Notes: generated from the letters alone by a model not told the origin. DNA of 46,584 nt, filler included, from Jimgerdemannia flammicorona (GCA_003990765.1; 2 parts of 2 records of this genome joined end to end with filler, not necessarily neighbours in it), one strand, 5' to 3'; counted from the first letter of the whole stretch, positions 1-12,170 are shown. A program made the numbers and translations.

Positions 1-1419
1 AGGGCTGGCCCAAGGGCTGGTAGAGGGTCGGATGACTCCATTGTCTAAGAGTTCTTGGATGTGCTCCTTTTCGAATGTTTTCAAGTGATGGGGTATTCTA
101 TAGGGTTTCTGCCAGATGGGTGTTGCACTTCCTGTATTTATGCTGTGGTGATATGATGGGTTGTATGGCAGGTTGCCATAATCGGTAGTGAAGATATCTT
201 GATATTTGTTGAGAAGTTCTACTAGTTGTTGCTGTTGTTGAGGTGTCAATTCTTCTCCAATGTTGGTGGAAGGCTTCACTGTCTCCTGGGTCGCAGAGGG
301 GCCATTCCTTTCTGGGACCTTTTGCCATTTCCTGATAGGTTTAGTTCGTAAACTTCCCTATGAGTTCGGTTGAGAAAAGGCACCAGATGTCCTATGATGG
401 TTCCTTTTGGCAGGATGATGGTCTCCCAACTTTGGTTGATTGCTTGGGAGTGTACTGAGTTCATTTTGTCAGGGAATGTGTGTCCCTCTATGTCCAGGTG
501 TGGGATATCGTTCTTGGGTTCGAAGAAAAGGTTCCTGGGGTCGGGTGGTGCAAATATTTCGAAGGTGGTTTGTTCTCCAGGCTCCAGGATGAGATTCTTG
601 TATAGTCTGACTGGTTGCCGGTATACTTCCTGGGGATCATTCCTCTTGAGGTGGTTGACTTGAAGGAGATGTACCTCTTTCCTGTCTGAACTTCCAAATC
701 CCTTGGCTTGTCTTGTTCCTTCAGTTAGTTCAGAGACTTCCTGTAACTGTGGGGTCTTGACCTTCATGAAGACTGCTTGGGCAATCTTCTGACCTCTAAT
801 GATTCGGTGCCATTCTGCACTACTGTTGTGTAGGATAACCTTGATTTCGCCTGTATATCCAGGGTCAATGGTTCCTCCTTCTACAGTTATTCCTTGTCTG
901 GTAAGTCCGGACCTTGAGGTCAGTTGAATATAAGCTCCTTGAGGTGGCTGCATGGCTAATCCGGTTCTGACCATGATGGTTTTTCCAGGCTTGATGGATT
1001 CATCCTCTAGGCTGTGAAGATCATATCCTACATCCTCTGAGTGGGCTTTGGTTGGGGGTTTGGCCTTAAGGTACAGCGGGGCATACTGGGCAATGTCCTT
1101 GCTGAGTTCAGGCTTTCCTAAGGCTGAAGCTCCACTAGAGGAAAGCCTCCAAGCTCTAAGATTGAGGTGTGGCCATCTGGCTCTAGTAGAGGGGTCTTGG
1201 AGGTAATTGATTCCCCTCCTTCCTGTAGGGTCAAGGGCTTCCATGAAGTTGGTGGCATCTTCTGCCCATCCTTGGCGGGTTTCATGTCTGATGAGAGCCA
1301 GGATGTCTTCTCCCAAATCATAGATCTTGAGAGTTCTTTTTCCAGGCTTCTTGGTCTGGCTTTTGCGAATCTGACTTTTTCGAATCTGGCTTCAGTTATC
1401 TCCTTTCTTCAAGGTGTGC
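1..1419 (-). mobile_element. Ty3/Gypsy element C, pol segment (dUTPase, dUTPase-like region, RT N-terminus); continues at 22271-23226
   Basis: Minus-strand translation gives a dUTPase, then LTPQQQQQLVELLNKYQDIF...IWQKPYRIPHHLKTFEKEHIQELLDNGVIRPSTSPWASP, a typical Gypsy pre-RT/RT start. Interrupted by element B, with TSD TGTGC at 1415-1419 and 22271-22275. Confidence 0.85.
276..1316 (-). CDS. dut: pol fragment containing a dUTPase domain (~685-1075)
   Basis: All five dUTPase motifs are recognisable: VGYDL, RSG, GTIDPGYTGEI, KIAQ, RQAKGFGSS. Frameshifted relative to the RT frame near ~330. Confidence 0.85.
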   Translation of the reverse strand: MGEDILALIRHETRQGWAEDATNFMEALDPTGRRGINYLQDPSTRARWPHLNLRAWRLSSSGASALGKPELSKDIAQYAPLYLKAKPPTKAHSEDVGYDLHSLEDESIKPGKTIMVRTGLAMQPPQGAYIQLTSRSGLTRQGITVEGGTIDPGYTGEIKVILHNSSAEWHRIIRGQKIAQAVFMKVKTPQLQEVSELTEGTRQAKGFGSSDRKEVHLLQVNHLKRNDPQEVYRQPVRLYKNLILEPGEQTTFEIFAPPDPRNLFFEPKNDIPHLDIEGHTFPDKMNSVHSQAINQSWETIILPKGTIIGHLVPFLNRTHREVYELNLSGNGKRSQKGMAPLRPRRQ

Positions 1420-1732
1420 TGTAAGAGGGTTGCTTTTTAAGGTAACTGTTATGTAGTTCTGGAAAGGTTTTCTGGATATTCTGGATATTCTGGAAGACTG
1501 TTTTCTTATGGTCAAGATCAATTTTGTATGGAGTATATCCTCTATGCTAATTGATTTCAAGATCGGGTTGATGTCTCAACCAAAGTCCTTTTTCAGACTA
1601 GTTCTGGATGTTCAGGATTTTCCGTATTACAGGAAGTTTAAGAAACTAAGGCCAGCTTAGTTGAATCGGCATATCACTGCAGACAATACCGAATTAGGAA
1701 ATTTCGTGATGGGGTTAGGAGTGGGACCTAAT
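1420..1732 (-). repeat. 3' LTR of copy B, distal U5 part
   Basis: Reverse complement of the family LTR end (...GCAACCCTCTTACA). Resumes at 12171 after the copy A insertion. Confidence 0.93.
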
Positions 1733-1838
1733 TGTAAGTGCACAACTTCCAAGCCACCGAAATTATACATCACCCTCTGAACAAGTCACTGAAATCACAT
1801 GTGACCTCTAAACAAATCTGGAAATCACCTGCTTGATC

Positions 1839-1952
1839 ACAAAGCTGAGTCAAACCAAAGTCACAGCAGACAAAGCTGAGTCAATATGAAGTCACAGAAC
1901 ACAAGATCCATACAAACAGAATCTTACCAATCAGGACCAAATGAATATATAC
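1839..1952 (+). promoter_or_regulatory. Putative upstream U3 promoter: two CAAAGCTGAGTCAA repeats (TGAGTCA AP-1/Gcn4-type sites at 1846 and 1877), CCAAT box, TATATA
   Basis: Motifs are seen directly and are largely conserved across the LTR copies. They lie within ~180 nt upstream of the LTR-ORF ATG at 2025. Function is inferred. Confidence 0.5.
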
Positions 1953-2024
1953 CGAGCACCGAGACACATTGAAACAGAGAGCCAAAACAAACAACAACAA
2001 CCACAAACTTCCAAACACACAAAC

Positions 2025-3120
2025 ATGACCACTGAGATCTACAACCATATCCGTGCTGACATTTGGAATGCCATTGTCAACTGAGCCACACCCCCTTTGC
2101 CCCTCATGAATATCCATAGCCTAGCACCCCTCTACTTCATGGAAGCCTGATGGAATGCTCTGAACATGCTTAGTGAGGCCCACCAAATCAGACAAATCTC
2201 AAGCTACTACCAGATCGGCCGCCTCCTGGAAGATATGGTCAAACACCACCATGATACAGACATTACCTAGATGTCTCAACACCAGAAGCTCATCACCTGC
2301 AAACATCGAGAACTCTTCTACAAGTATAGTACCATTATTTCCCACCTCTGAGTTACTACCAGCGAAATGGTTGCTACCCTGTCCTATGGCCAAATCAATG
2401 ACATGATATAAGAACTCAACCACAAGTACCTCGAGTACATTGAAACCACAGACAGAACCTTCCCACACCCCAATGACCATATCCTGCAAATGCCTCAAGT
2501 TGGATATACCATGAAGGACATCTACAATATAATCCACTTCAATGAAGACAAAGCAGAAGACAATAATCCCTCTGATGCTGACATGACCTCTAGCCAAGGA
2601 TCTCTGCCAACCCTGATCACTCCGCCAACCTTGCCAATGAACTTACAACAGTTCATAACTATATATGAGACTTATTGGGACAATGACCACTGGCACGAAT
2701 ACCAACCAGTATTTACCCCGATTACTTCAATTACAATGAAGAGACCAGAGAACACAACCTGTACCTCCAGACAACCCTCAAGATTGAACCAACCACTCCA
2801 CTATCTGAGTATGTGTGACATGAACCACAGTCGCCAGCTTACTATAATCCTGCAACTTATAGTGCTGTAACTTATAGAAGATATACAGACAGCGAATCCA
2901 ATGAAAGCAAAGACAATACAACCATCCTTCATCCACCAACACCTTATCCAGCCTACGAGACAGATGATGCTATCCTGTGGGATGGTGACGAAGTCCCAAT
3001 GTATTACTATCTCAGTAAATAAGGAGAAGTAATATGCGAATCACTCTTCCTAGACAACTACTTCATCAGAGATGAGATCATTGATGGTAATGTCATCGAG
3101 ACTACCCAGACAGTGCCTAA
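2025..3120 (+). pseudogene. LTR(U3)-encoded ORF of unknown function, copy A 5' LTR (stops and frameshifts)
   Basis: Homologous to the near-intact 366-codon frames at 10392-11489 and 20881-21978. Confidence 0.75.
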
Positions 3121-3309
3121 ACCCATAAATAGCATAGCAGTCATAGTATAGTTAGACTAGCCTTGTACGACATGACTGTGAACTGACTCAGCAGTCAGAC
3201 GATCTCTTGACATATCAGATCACACTTGTACTATATGACTGCATTCCAACTCAGCAAGGCACTTAGTGCTACATCCATATTTAGCATAGTCCAGATAGCC
3301 CCTCACTAG

Positions 3310-3438
3310 TATAAATACCCCCTCCCCCAGACCTCAAAATCTCAGACTAGAATACACAAGAACATTTCTGAATACTTCCCCACAATATCCCTTCACATAA
3401 CTACTCCTAGTATAGCAATATCATGAATATCAAATAAA
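3310..3438 (+). promoter_or_regulatory. Main LTR TATA box (TATAAATACCCC at 3310) and polyadenylation signal AATAAA (3433-3438)
   Basis: Largely conserved across the family LTRs, in the expected U3/R position. Confidence 0.65.
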
Positions 3439-3799
3439 CCTATTCAATAACCCACCAACCACTCTTAAGTAAATCTGCTCTCTGTTAGGTCTCATTCCTA
3501 ACCCTGTCATGAAATTATCTATTTGGGTATTGTCTGTAGCGATATACCAATTCAACTAAGCTGGCCTTAGTTTCTTGAACTTCGTGCAATAAGGAAAATC
3601 CTGAACATCTAGAACTAGTCCGAAAAAGGACTTTGGTTGAGACGTCAATCTGATCTTGAAATCAATAAGTGTAGAGGATGTACTCCATATGAAATTGATC
3701 TTAAACATAAGAAAACAGTCTTCCAGAATATCCAGAACTTCCAGAAAACTCTTTGAGAACTACATAATGGTTACCCTAAAAAGCAACCCTCTTACAACT

Positions 3800-3808
3800 T
3801 GGTAGCAG
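3800..3808 (+). other. Primer binding site TGGTAGCAG (probably initiator tRNA-Met)
   Basis: Lies 3 nt after the LTR and is complementary to a tRNA 3' end ...CUGCUACCA. Same sequence at 20193-20201 (-) and 42335-42343. Confidence 0.75.
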
Positions 3809-5821
3809 TGGTTTACAATCCAATTCTGCTTCAAGATGCTTCCTCACCCCACTACAAACCCATCTGCAAATTCCTACAAGTTGGTATAAAGCCCAACCTC
3901 TGAACTGGAATTTATCTGAACTATCTGACAATCTGGAGAGAATTGAACCTGACATACAAGGACAATTTGACCTCTACACCTGCAACAAGTGGGATAAACT
4001 TCATTCAAAGAAAGAAGTACTCTGGTAAAACCAGCAAATAGGAGAAACCCTATACACTGAACTCCTTGCACTACACCCAGCAAGTCAAGACGAAGAAGGT
4101 CTTATTGAAGCCTTCTTTACTCTTCTCAACAAGAGTTTTGTCAGCTCCACAAATCTGAGTGAGCTAGGACAACCAGCAGCAGTCTTTCTAGCCTTAGGTC
4201 CTCACGAAGCCCAAGCCTCTGTAGCCAAGTGGCTCAATTCTACCGACTTTCACCATACCAGAACTAAGACAGCATTATACTACCGATTCCAGAATAGCAA
4301 GGCCTGCTATATTCTTAAGGAAGAAGCAAGAGAAACCATTCATCAACTACCTGACCCCAAACCTAAAACAGGCCCTGCTACAGCCCTACCTGAATCTGAA
4401 ACCAATACTGAACCTAAACTTGACTTTGAATTAAGTCCATCTGAAATCAGATATACAACTGATTCTGTCTACTTTGATGCTGAGCAAACCCAATTACATG
4501 GGGACCAAACCAAAGAAGAGGAGGAGTATCTCACTGAATTCAATCCCAGATATATCACCAAAGGAGACGCACTCCCATCAGGACAGAATACACCTACACA
4601 ACAACAAACAGGTATCTATCAAGCCCTTACTCCAGATCCACAATTACTACTTCAGCAACTTACACAGACCCAAATAACTCCATCACACTCTGCACTAGTA
4701 CCTCAAGTAGTACTAGTAACACCACTACCAGCAGTCCAACTACCTCCAGTAAACAATATGGCAAACCAACAGATTCTTGATCTTACAGCCCAAGTAGCTA
4801 TAATGGCAGCAACCAGTACTGCCTTAGCTGAACAGACCCGACCTACAAAAAATCTGAGCCTACCTACCTTCAATGGTACTGCACAAGAAGTCCAAAGCTT
4901 CATTAGTGTAGTTGACACCAACTTCGAAGCCAATCAATGAACCAATGAGCGAGTTGCTGACTGCATTCTGACAAACAATCAAGATCACACTCTGGAACAA
5001 CTCTTTGCTAATACTACAGCCTATGTCCACTGAGTTGTTATATTCTTCTGAGGACCTGCTGAAGAATGGTGGCAAACCCTTCCTGAAAAACCCCTCACAT
5101 GGGATACCTGACCTGCAGTAGTTGCTCAGAATGCAGCAAACAATGCCCCAGGATATGGAGCCCATCCTGCAGTCCCTGGACTCAAATAACTTATGATTGC
5201 CCAATACTGCAGTGAAACCATGATTGCCGAATCTCGAGTAAAACTCCGCAACCTCAAATTTGATGTACATGACAAAGAAGAATTCAAAACCTTCTGTACA
5301 AATCTTGAGTCACTCCTGAACACTGTTGGCCTAGGATACCTTGCCAATGATGAAGCATGAAATGGTACAAGAGCAGATCATTTATTTAATGCCCTACCTG
5401 AATGGCTTACTAGAAAGATCTGAGAACAAGGCCACCTAGTTGGTTGTGATCACCAACAATGGTGCCTGGCAAGAATCAAGACCATGGTCAAGTGAATCCT
5501 AACAGCCAGACCAATTCTGCCCCGAAGGTAATTCAACAACAAGGAAAAGACTTGGACCAAGAAAGAAGAACCCAAGCATGAAGCATCCCAAGCTCCCTCT
5601 ACATCCACCTCTTGGACACCCAGAAATCATGAACCCACCCAGCCGAGTACCTTCAAGAAACTCACCAAAGGCGAAAGCAATGAAATTCGAAGAAGTGGAG
5701 TATGCTTCTATTGCCAAAAGACAGGACACATGGCCAGTGCCTACCCTAACTGAAATCTCCGAACAGCAACATGAGCAACTGTTACACTCTGCACCACCTC
5801 AACAACCTGACCACCAGAACA

Positions 5822-6228
5822 CTGGACTTTGTCAAGTTAAGACAAACTGCTAAGGCCCCAACCAAAGGAAGTTAGAAAGCCGCTGGATATGACCTGTATG
5901 CATCCAAAGAAGCTACAGTTTCCAACCGAGAAGTCAAACAAGTCTACACAGGAATCAGTATCCAAATCCCTGAAGGACATATTGGAAGAATATGCTGTCA
6001 CAGCAGCCTAGCACTAAAAGGACTCTCAGTAGAAGGAGGAGTCATTGATGAAGATTACACAGGCGAAATTATTTCCTCATCCAAAACCACAGTTGGACAC
6101 CCTTCAAGATCCCTATTGGTTTCTGCATCACCCAGATCCTATTCGAAAAAATCAAGTCAACCCTGACAGTCAAGGAAGTCCCTGAATTACTGCCCACCAT
6201 CCAAGGATCCAAAGGATTTGGCTTATCA
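5822..6228 (+). pseudogene. dut: dUTPase domain between the Gag zinc knuckle and protease (copy A)
   Basis: AAGYDLY, GGVIDEDYTGEI, GSKGFG motifs. Counterparts at ~17780-18187 (-) and ~44359-44766. Confidence 0.88.
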
Positions 6229-9200
6229 AACAAGGCCCCAACCCAACCTGCCATAAGCAAAGAAGAACAATTCTACAAGAAGATCGAAGATGGATATGTA
6301 CCAAGTGGCCGATGCCCTCATGGTATTGGAATATACTCTTCCCAAATGATTGATGATTGCTTCTCTTATATCAACAAACTGGCTCAAAGAAGAACCAACA
6401 GAAGGAAAGCTCAAACAACTGAAATCACCACCATTGGATCAGACAAACTGCTTACCCTTAAGGCTTTTGTCAATGGAGCACCTCTCAAGATTATGATAGA
6501 CAGTGGTGCCTCAGGCAACTTCATCAATGAAGAAACAGCCAACAGACTTAAGGTCTTCACCTCCCTAGTATAGTAAACTCAAGCAGTTGCTATAGCTGAT
6601 GGAATCTCACATGTTATTAGCAAAGAAGTCCGCAATCTACCTTTCTGAATTGGTGACAACTGAGTACATGTTACCCTCCAGATCATACCACTTCCTGACA
6701 ACAAAATCATCCTTGGAACTCCATGGTTAAAACAAGAGAACCCCATGATCAATTGGGTAAACCATTCTCTGACCATCAAGAAAGGATGCCACAACTTCAA
6801 ACTATAAGTCAAAAAGGACCCACTCAACTCTAGTGACCCTGGACCAAAGATTACCCATATCAATAAGCTACAACTCAAGAAATTGGCCAAGAAATGCCCT
6901 CTCTTTGCCATCTCCATCCATCCATCCAAGGGAGAACCCAAGAACTCTGAAGAAGATTTCTCCAAAGTTGACAGCTATGTCAGACCACTACTCCAGAAAT
7001 TCCGGGACATATTCACAAAGAAGCTCCCAAAAGGCCTACCTCCCAAATGAGCAGTAGACCATGCTATCAAGACTATCCCAGATGCCAAACCAGCCTTCCA
7101 GTCAATCTACCACATGTCTCTGAGGGAAATTGATGCACTAAAGAAGGAAATCGACAAACTCCTAGAACCAGAATTCATCAGACCCAGTGTATCACCCTAT
7201 AGTGCACCAGTTCTCTTCGTTGTCAAGAAAGGAGGAGACCTGTGAATGTGTATTGACTACCGCGATCTCAATGAACAGACCATCAAGAACTGTTGCCCAC
7301 TACCTAGAATCAATGAAATATTCGATAGGCTCACCAACCCGCAATTTATGAGCTCCTTTGACCTGCAAAATGGTTACTGGCAAATTGCTATGAAAGAAGA
7401 AGACATCTACAAGATAGCTTTCTGAACTCGCTATGGACACTTCAAGTTCCTGGTTATGCCCTTTGGCTTAACTAATGCTCCTGTAACCTTCCAGACACTG
7501 ATGAATACCATTCTGCATCCATATCTGAACAAATTTATTGTTGTCTATATTGACAACATCCTAGTCTTCAGCAAAACCCTGGAGGAACATCTGGAACACC
7601 TTGAACTAGTATTACTGAAACTCCGAGAAAACTGACTTTTTGCCAAACTCGGCAAGTGCGAATTTCTCCTGAAAGAAATTCAATTCCTGGGACACATCAT
7701 TTCTCCAAATGGAATCAAAGTAGACCCCAGCAAAATCTCTGCAATCAAGGATTGGCCCAGACCCAAGAAGCTGAAAGACCTCTAGTCATTCCTGGGGTTA
7801 GCAAACTATTATAGGCGATTTGTTGCCAACTTTGCTAAAATCGCTACTGCCCTCACCCAAATGACCAAGTAGAGCAAGAAACAAGAACAACCCTGGACCA
7901 TGAAATAAGAGAAAGACTTCAACAATCTTATAAATTGGGGACCTGAACAAGATATCGCCTTTCAAGCACTGAAAGATGCCCTGATAACCACTCCAGTACT
8001 TCAAGCAGCAAATCCTGCCATAACATATGAAGTTACTACTAATGCCTCTGACCTAGCTCTTGGAGCTGTGCTTATGCAAGAAGGACACCCTGTGGCCTAT
8101 CACTCCTGCAAATTCAATGATGCCGAAATCAACTATGCAACTCATGAGAAGGAAATGCTAGCTATCATAGACACTCTGATCAAATGGTGACCCTACCTAG
8201 AAGGAGCACACTTTACTATATTGACTGACCACAAGTCATTAGTCAACATCAAGACACAGGCTACCCTTTCTTGAAAGCAAGCCAGATGGATGAAAGTCCT
8301 CATCAACTTTGACTATGAAATCCAGTACCACCCTGGCAAGGAAAATATTATTGCTGATGCAATCTCCAGACCACCAATTGAAGAAGTTATCCAAACTCTC
8401 ACCTTGGTTACAAACTCCATCATGGAACAAATTATCACAGCATGTGCCGATGATAAGGAAGCTCAAGCACTCTGAGAAATCCTGAATAGTGATGATACTG
8501 ACAAGCATACCCAGTACCATCAATATCAACTGAAGGACAATACTTGCTACTACAAGGATAGACTGTATGTCCCAAACAACTGAGACCTCTGAAGGACTAT
8601 CCTATTCGAATGTCATGATGCCCCTATAGCTGGACATTTAGGATTTGGTAAATGTTACAAAGTTATCTCCCAAAACTTCTATTGGCCCCACATGGCAGAT
8701 CATCTCAAAAGCTACATCACTTCCTGTGATGCCTGCCAATGGAACAAGTCCTCAACACTAGCAAAACCCGGCTTACTTCACCCTATCACAGTACCATCTG
8801 CGAAATGAGAACAAATCTCTATAGACTTCATTGTACAACTACCCCAAACCAAGAATGGGAAGGATGCAATTGTTGTCTTTATTGACTACCTCAGCAAATA
8901 AGCCCACTTTGTGCCTACTACTACTACTACAACAGCACCAGACATAGCCACACTCTTGTTTGACAAAATCTTCCACTATTATGGTCTTCCTAAGATCATT
9001 GTTAGTGAGCGAGATCTGAAATTCACCAGCCACTTTTGGAAAGCCCTCCATGCACACCTTGGAATAAAACTTGCACTATCCACAGCCTTTCACCCAGAAA
9101 CTGATGGCCAAACTGAAAGAATGAACTGAACTCTGGAACAAATGCTAAGGAACTATGTTTCCTACAGACAAGATGACTGGTATGAACACCTCACTGCAGT

Positions 9201-9720
9201 TGAGTTTGCCTATAACAATAGCAAGCAAGCCTCTCTCGGAATGACCCCATTCTTCGCCAACACTGGACAAAACCCAAACACCCCTTTGATACTTATCCAA
9301 ACTACTGATGAACCCTCCACAGTCGAAGCTGTTGAAGAATTCTTACTCCGAATGTGCAACCTAAGCCAGATTGCCATCAAGAATTTATCATGAGCTCAAG
9401 AACAACAGTCACAGTATGTTAACCAACACTGCTGAGAAAAAACCTTTGATATTGGAGAAAAAGTTCTACTAGACATCCAAGGATACCGAGTTGACAACCT
9501 CAAGTACAGACCATCTATGAAGCTGAACAGCAAGTTCATTGGACCATTTGAAGTTATTGCACAAGTCTCTCCAACATCCTACAAATTGGCACTACCGGAC
9601 ACCATTAAGATTCACCCAGTCTTTAATGTTCAACATCTCAAGCGATATAATGAGAATGATGATGAGCTATTCCCAAACTAGACCACCAAACCACCTACAC
9701 CTGTCATTATTAATGATCAA

Positions 9721-9870
9721 GAAGAATATGAAGTTAAACAAATCCTCAACAAACATAGCAACAAGAGCCACCCTGAGTACCTTGTCAAATGGAAAGGTTA
9801 CCCAATCCATGATACAACCTGGGAACCCAAGACCAATCTTCAGAATACTACCAACCTAGTTCAGGAATAT
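9721..9870 (+). other. Integrase C-terminal chromodomain
   Basis: EEYEVKQILNKH...EYLVKWKGYPIHDTTWEPKTNL, with aromatic-cage residues Y, W, Y retained. Confidence 0.92.
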
Positions 9871-10085
9871 GATTCCTTAAACAACTAGAACCAAATACTC
9901 TCACACCTCTCTGTACATACTATATATTATTCTCCTGAACATTATAATTATTGTGAACCAAACCAACAACTCAGCAAACAAGACAAGAATACTGACCCTC
10001 TGGAAAAATGGCAAACTGAAAGCAAGCCTATTCTCCTTATACCACTGAACAAAATTAGAAGGCCCCGACGAGGACATCGAAAGCT

Positions 10086-10098
10086 AAGAAGGGGAGAG
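10086..10098 (+). other. Polypurine tract of copy A
   Basis: AAGAAGGGGAGAG immediately before the 3' LTR. Confidence 0.88.
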
Positions 10099-10099
10099 T

Positions 10100-12165
10100 T
10101 GTAAGTGCACAACCTCCAAGCCACCGAAATTATACGTCACCCTCTGAACAAGCTACTGAAATCACATGCAACCTCAGAACAAATCTGGAAATCACCTGCT
10201 TGATCACAAAGCTGAGTCAAACCAAAGTTACAGCGCACAAAGCTGAGTCAATATGAAGTCACAGAATACAAGATCTACACAAATGAAATCTTACCAATCA
10301 GGACCAAATGCATATATACCGAGCACCGAGACACATCGAAACAGAGAACCAAAACAATCAGCAACAACAACAAACTTCCAAACACACAAACATGACCACC
10401 GAGATCTACAACCGTATCCATGCTGACATTTGGAATACCATTGTCAACCGAGTCACACCCCCTCTGCCTCTCATGAATATCCATAGCCTAGCACTCCTCT
10501 ACTTCATGGAAGCCCGATGGAATGCTCTGAACATACTTAGCGAGGCCCACCAAATCGGACAAATCTCAAGCTACTACCAGATTGGCCACCTCCTGGAAGA
10601 CATGGTCAAACACTACTATGATACAGACATTATTCAGATGTCTCAACACCAGAAGCTCATCGCCCGCAAACATCGAGAACTCTTCTATGAGTATAGTACC
10701 ATTATTCCCTGCCTCCGAGTTACTACTAGCGAAATGGTTGCTACTCTGTCCTATGGCCAAATCTAAAACATGATATAAGAACTCAACCACAAGTACCTCG
10801 AGTATGTCGAAACCACAGACAGAACCTTCCCACACCCCAATGACCATATCCTGCAAATGCCTCAAGTTGAATACACCATGAAGGACATCTACGATATAAT
10901 CCACTTCGATGAAAATGAAGCAGAAGACAATGATCCCTCTGATGCCGACATGACCTCTAACCAAGAATCTCTGCCAACCCTGATCACTCCGCCAACCTTG
11001 CTGATGAACTTACAACAGTTCATAACTGCATATGAGACTTATTGGGACAATGACCACTGGTACGAATACTAACCAGCATTCACCCCTGATTACTTCAACT
11101 ACAATGAAGAGACCAGAGAACACAACCTGTAACTCCAGACAACCCTCGAGATTGAACCAACCACTCCACTACCTGAGTACGAGCGACATGAACCACAGCT
11201 GCCAGCTTACTATAATTCTGCAACTCATAGTGCTGTAACTTATAGAAGATACACAGACAGCGAATCTGATGGAAGTGAAGACAATACAACCATCCTTCGA
11301 CCACCAATATCTTATCCAGCCTACGAGACAGACAATGCTATCCTGTGGGATAGCGACGAAGTCCCAATATATTACTATCTCAACGAACAAGGAGAAGTAA
11401 TCTGCAAACCACTCTTCCTAGACGACTACTTCATCAGAGATGAGATCATCGATGGTGATGTCATCGAGGACTACCCAGACAGTACCTAAACCCATAATTA
11501 GCATAGCAGTTATAGTATAGTTAGACTAGCCTTGTACAATGTGACTGTGAACTGACTCAGCAATCAGACGATCTCTTGACATGTCAGATCACACTTGTAC
11601 TATGTGACTGCATTCCGACTCAGCAAGGCACTTAGTGCTACATCCATATTTAGCATAGTCCAGATAGCTCCTCACCAGTATAAATACCCCCTCCCCCAGA
11701 CCTCAAAATCTCAGACTAGAATACACAAGAACATTCCTGAATACTTCCCAACAATATTCCTTCACATAACTACTCCTAGTATAGCAATATCATGAATAGC
11801 AAATAAACCTATTCAATAACCCACAAACTACTCTTAAGTAAATCCACTCCCTGTTAGGTCTCATTCCTAACCCCGTCACGAAATTATCTAATTGGGTATT
11901 GTCTGCAGCGATACACCAATTCAACTAAGCTGGCCTTAGTTTCTTGAACTTCCTGAAATACGGAAAATCCTGAACATCTAGAACTAGTCTGAAAAAGGAC
12001 TTTGGTTGAGACATCAACCTGATCTTGAAATCAATAAGCATAGAGGACATACTCCATATGAAATTGATCTTGACCATAAGAAAATGGTCTTCCAGAATAT
12101 CCAGAACTTTCAGAAAACTCTTCCAGAACTATGTAATGGTTACTCTAAAAAGCAACCCTCTTACA
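10100..12165 (+). repeat. 3' LTR of copy A (2066 bp)
   Basis: TGTAAG...CTTACA termini, preceded by the PPT and followed by TSD CTAAT. Confidence 0.96.
10392..11489 (+). pseudogene. LTR-encoded ORF (365 aa reconstructed, MTTEIYNRIHADIW...DVIEDYPDS), copy A 3' LTR
   Basis: Track ORFs 10308-10766 and 10857-11072 and the terminal TAA at 11487 are all in one frame, broken only by point-mutation stops. Confidence 0.8.
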
Positions 12166-12170
12166 CTAAT

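Larger units (their letters stand above)
1733..3796 (+). repeat. 5' LTR of copy A (2064 bp)
   Basis: Direct repeat of 10100-12165, 6-bp terminal inverted repeat, followed by the PBS. Confidence 0.96.
4758..9888 (+). pseudogene. gag-dUTPase-PR-RT-RNaseH-IN-chromodomain polyprotein, copy A (many premature stops)
   Basis: LPTFNG gag motif, CCHC knuckle remnant ~5703-5745, protease [21 protein letters not shown] and YIDN (YIDD in copies B and D), RNase H, integrase HPETDGQTER, GPF motif, chromodomain. Confidence 0.95.
1733..12165 (+). mobile_element. Full-length Ty3/Gypsy chromovirus, family A copy A
   Basis: LTRs 1733-3796 and 10100-12165 with TGTAAG...CTTACA termini. TSD CTAAT at 1728-1732 and 12166-12170. 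PBS, PPT and gag-pol present. Confidence 0.97.

Noticed and set aside
276..1316. Possible host or phage dUTPase gene
   Set aside because: It lies inside a Gypsy pol immediately upstream of RT and is part of element C.
1770..1890. Short spaced repeats at the LTR start resembling a CRISPR-like array
   Set aside because: Only two units of each motif, in a eukaryotic LTR enhancer context, with no cas genes.
2199..2597. Recurrent hydrophobic antisense ORFs in LTRs (also 10566-10964, 13046-13417, 20980-21360)
   Set aside because: They are shadows of the sense LTR ORF, recur only because the LTR is repeated, and have variable boundaries and mostly non-ATG starts.
10308..10391. Upstream ATG giving a poly-Q N-terminal extension of the LTR ORF
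   Set aside because: The ATG is lost in two LTR copies and overlaps the TATATA motif; the segment looks like an A/C-rich 5' UTR.
10392..11489. LTR ORF as an env gene
   Set aside because: No signal peptide, transmembrane helix or furin-type site is visible, and it lies within U3 rather than between pol and the PPT.
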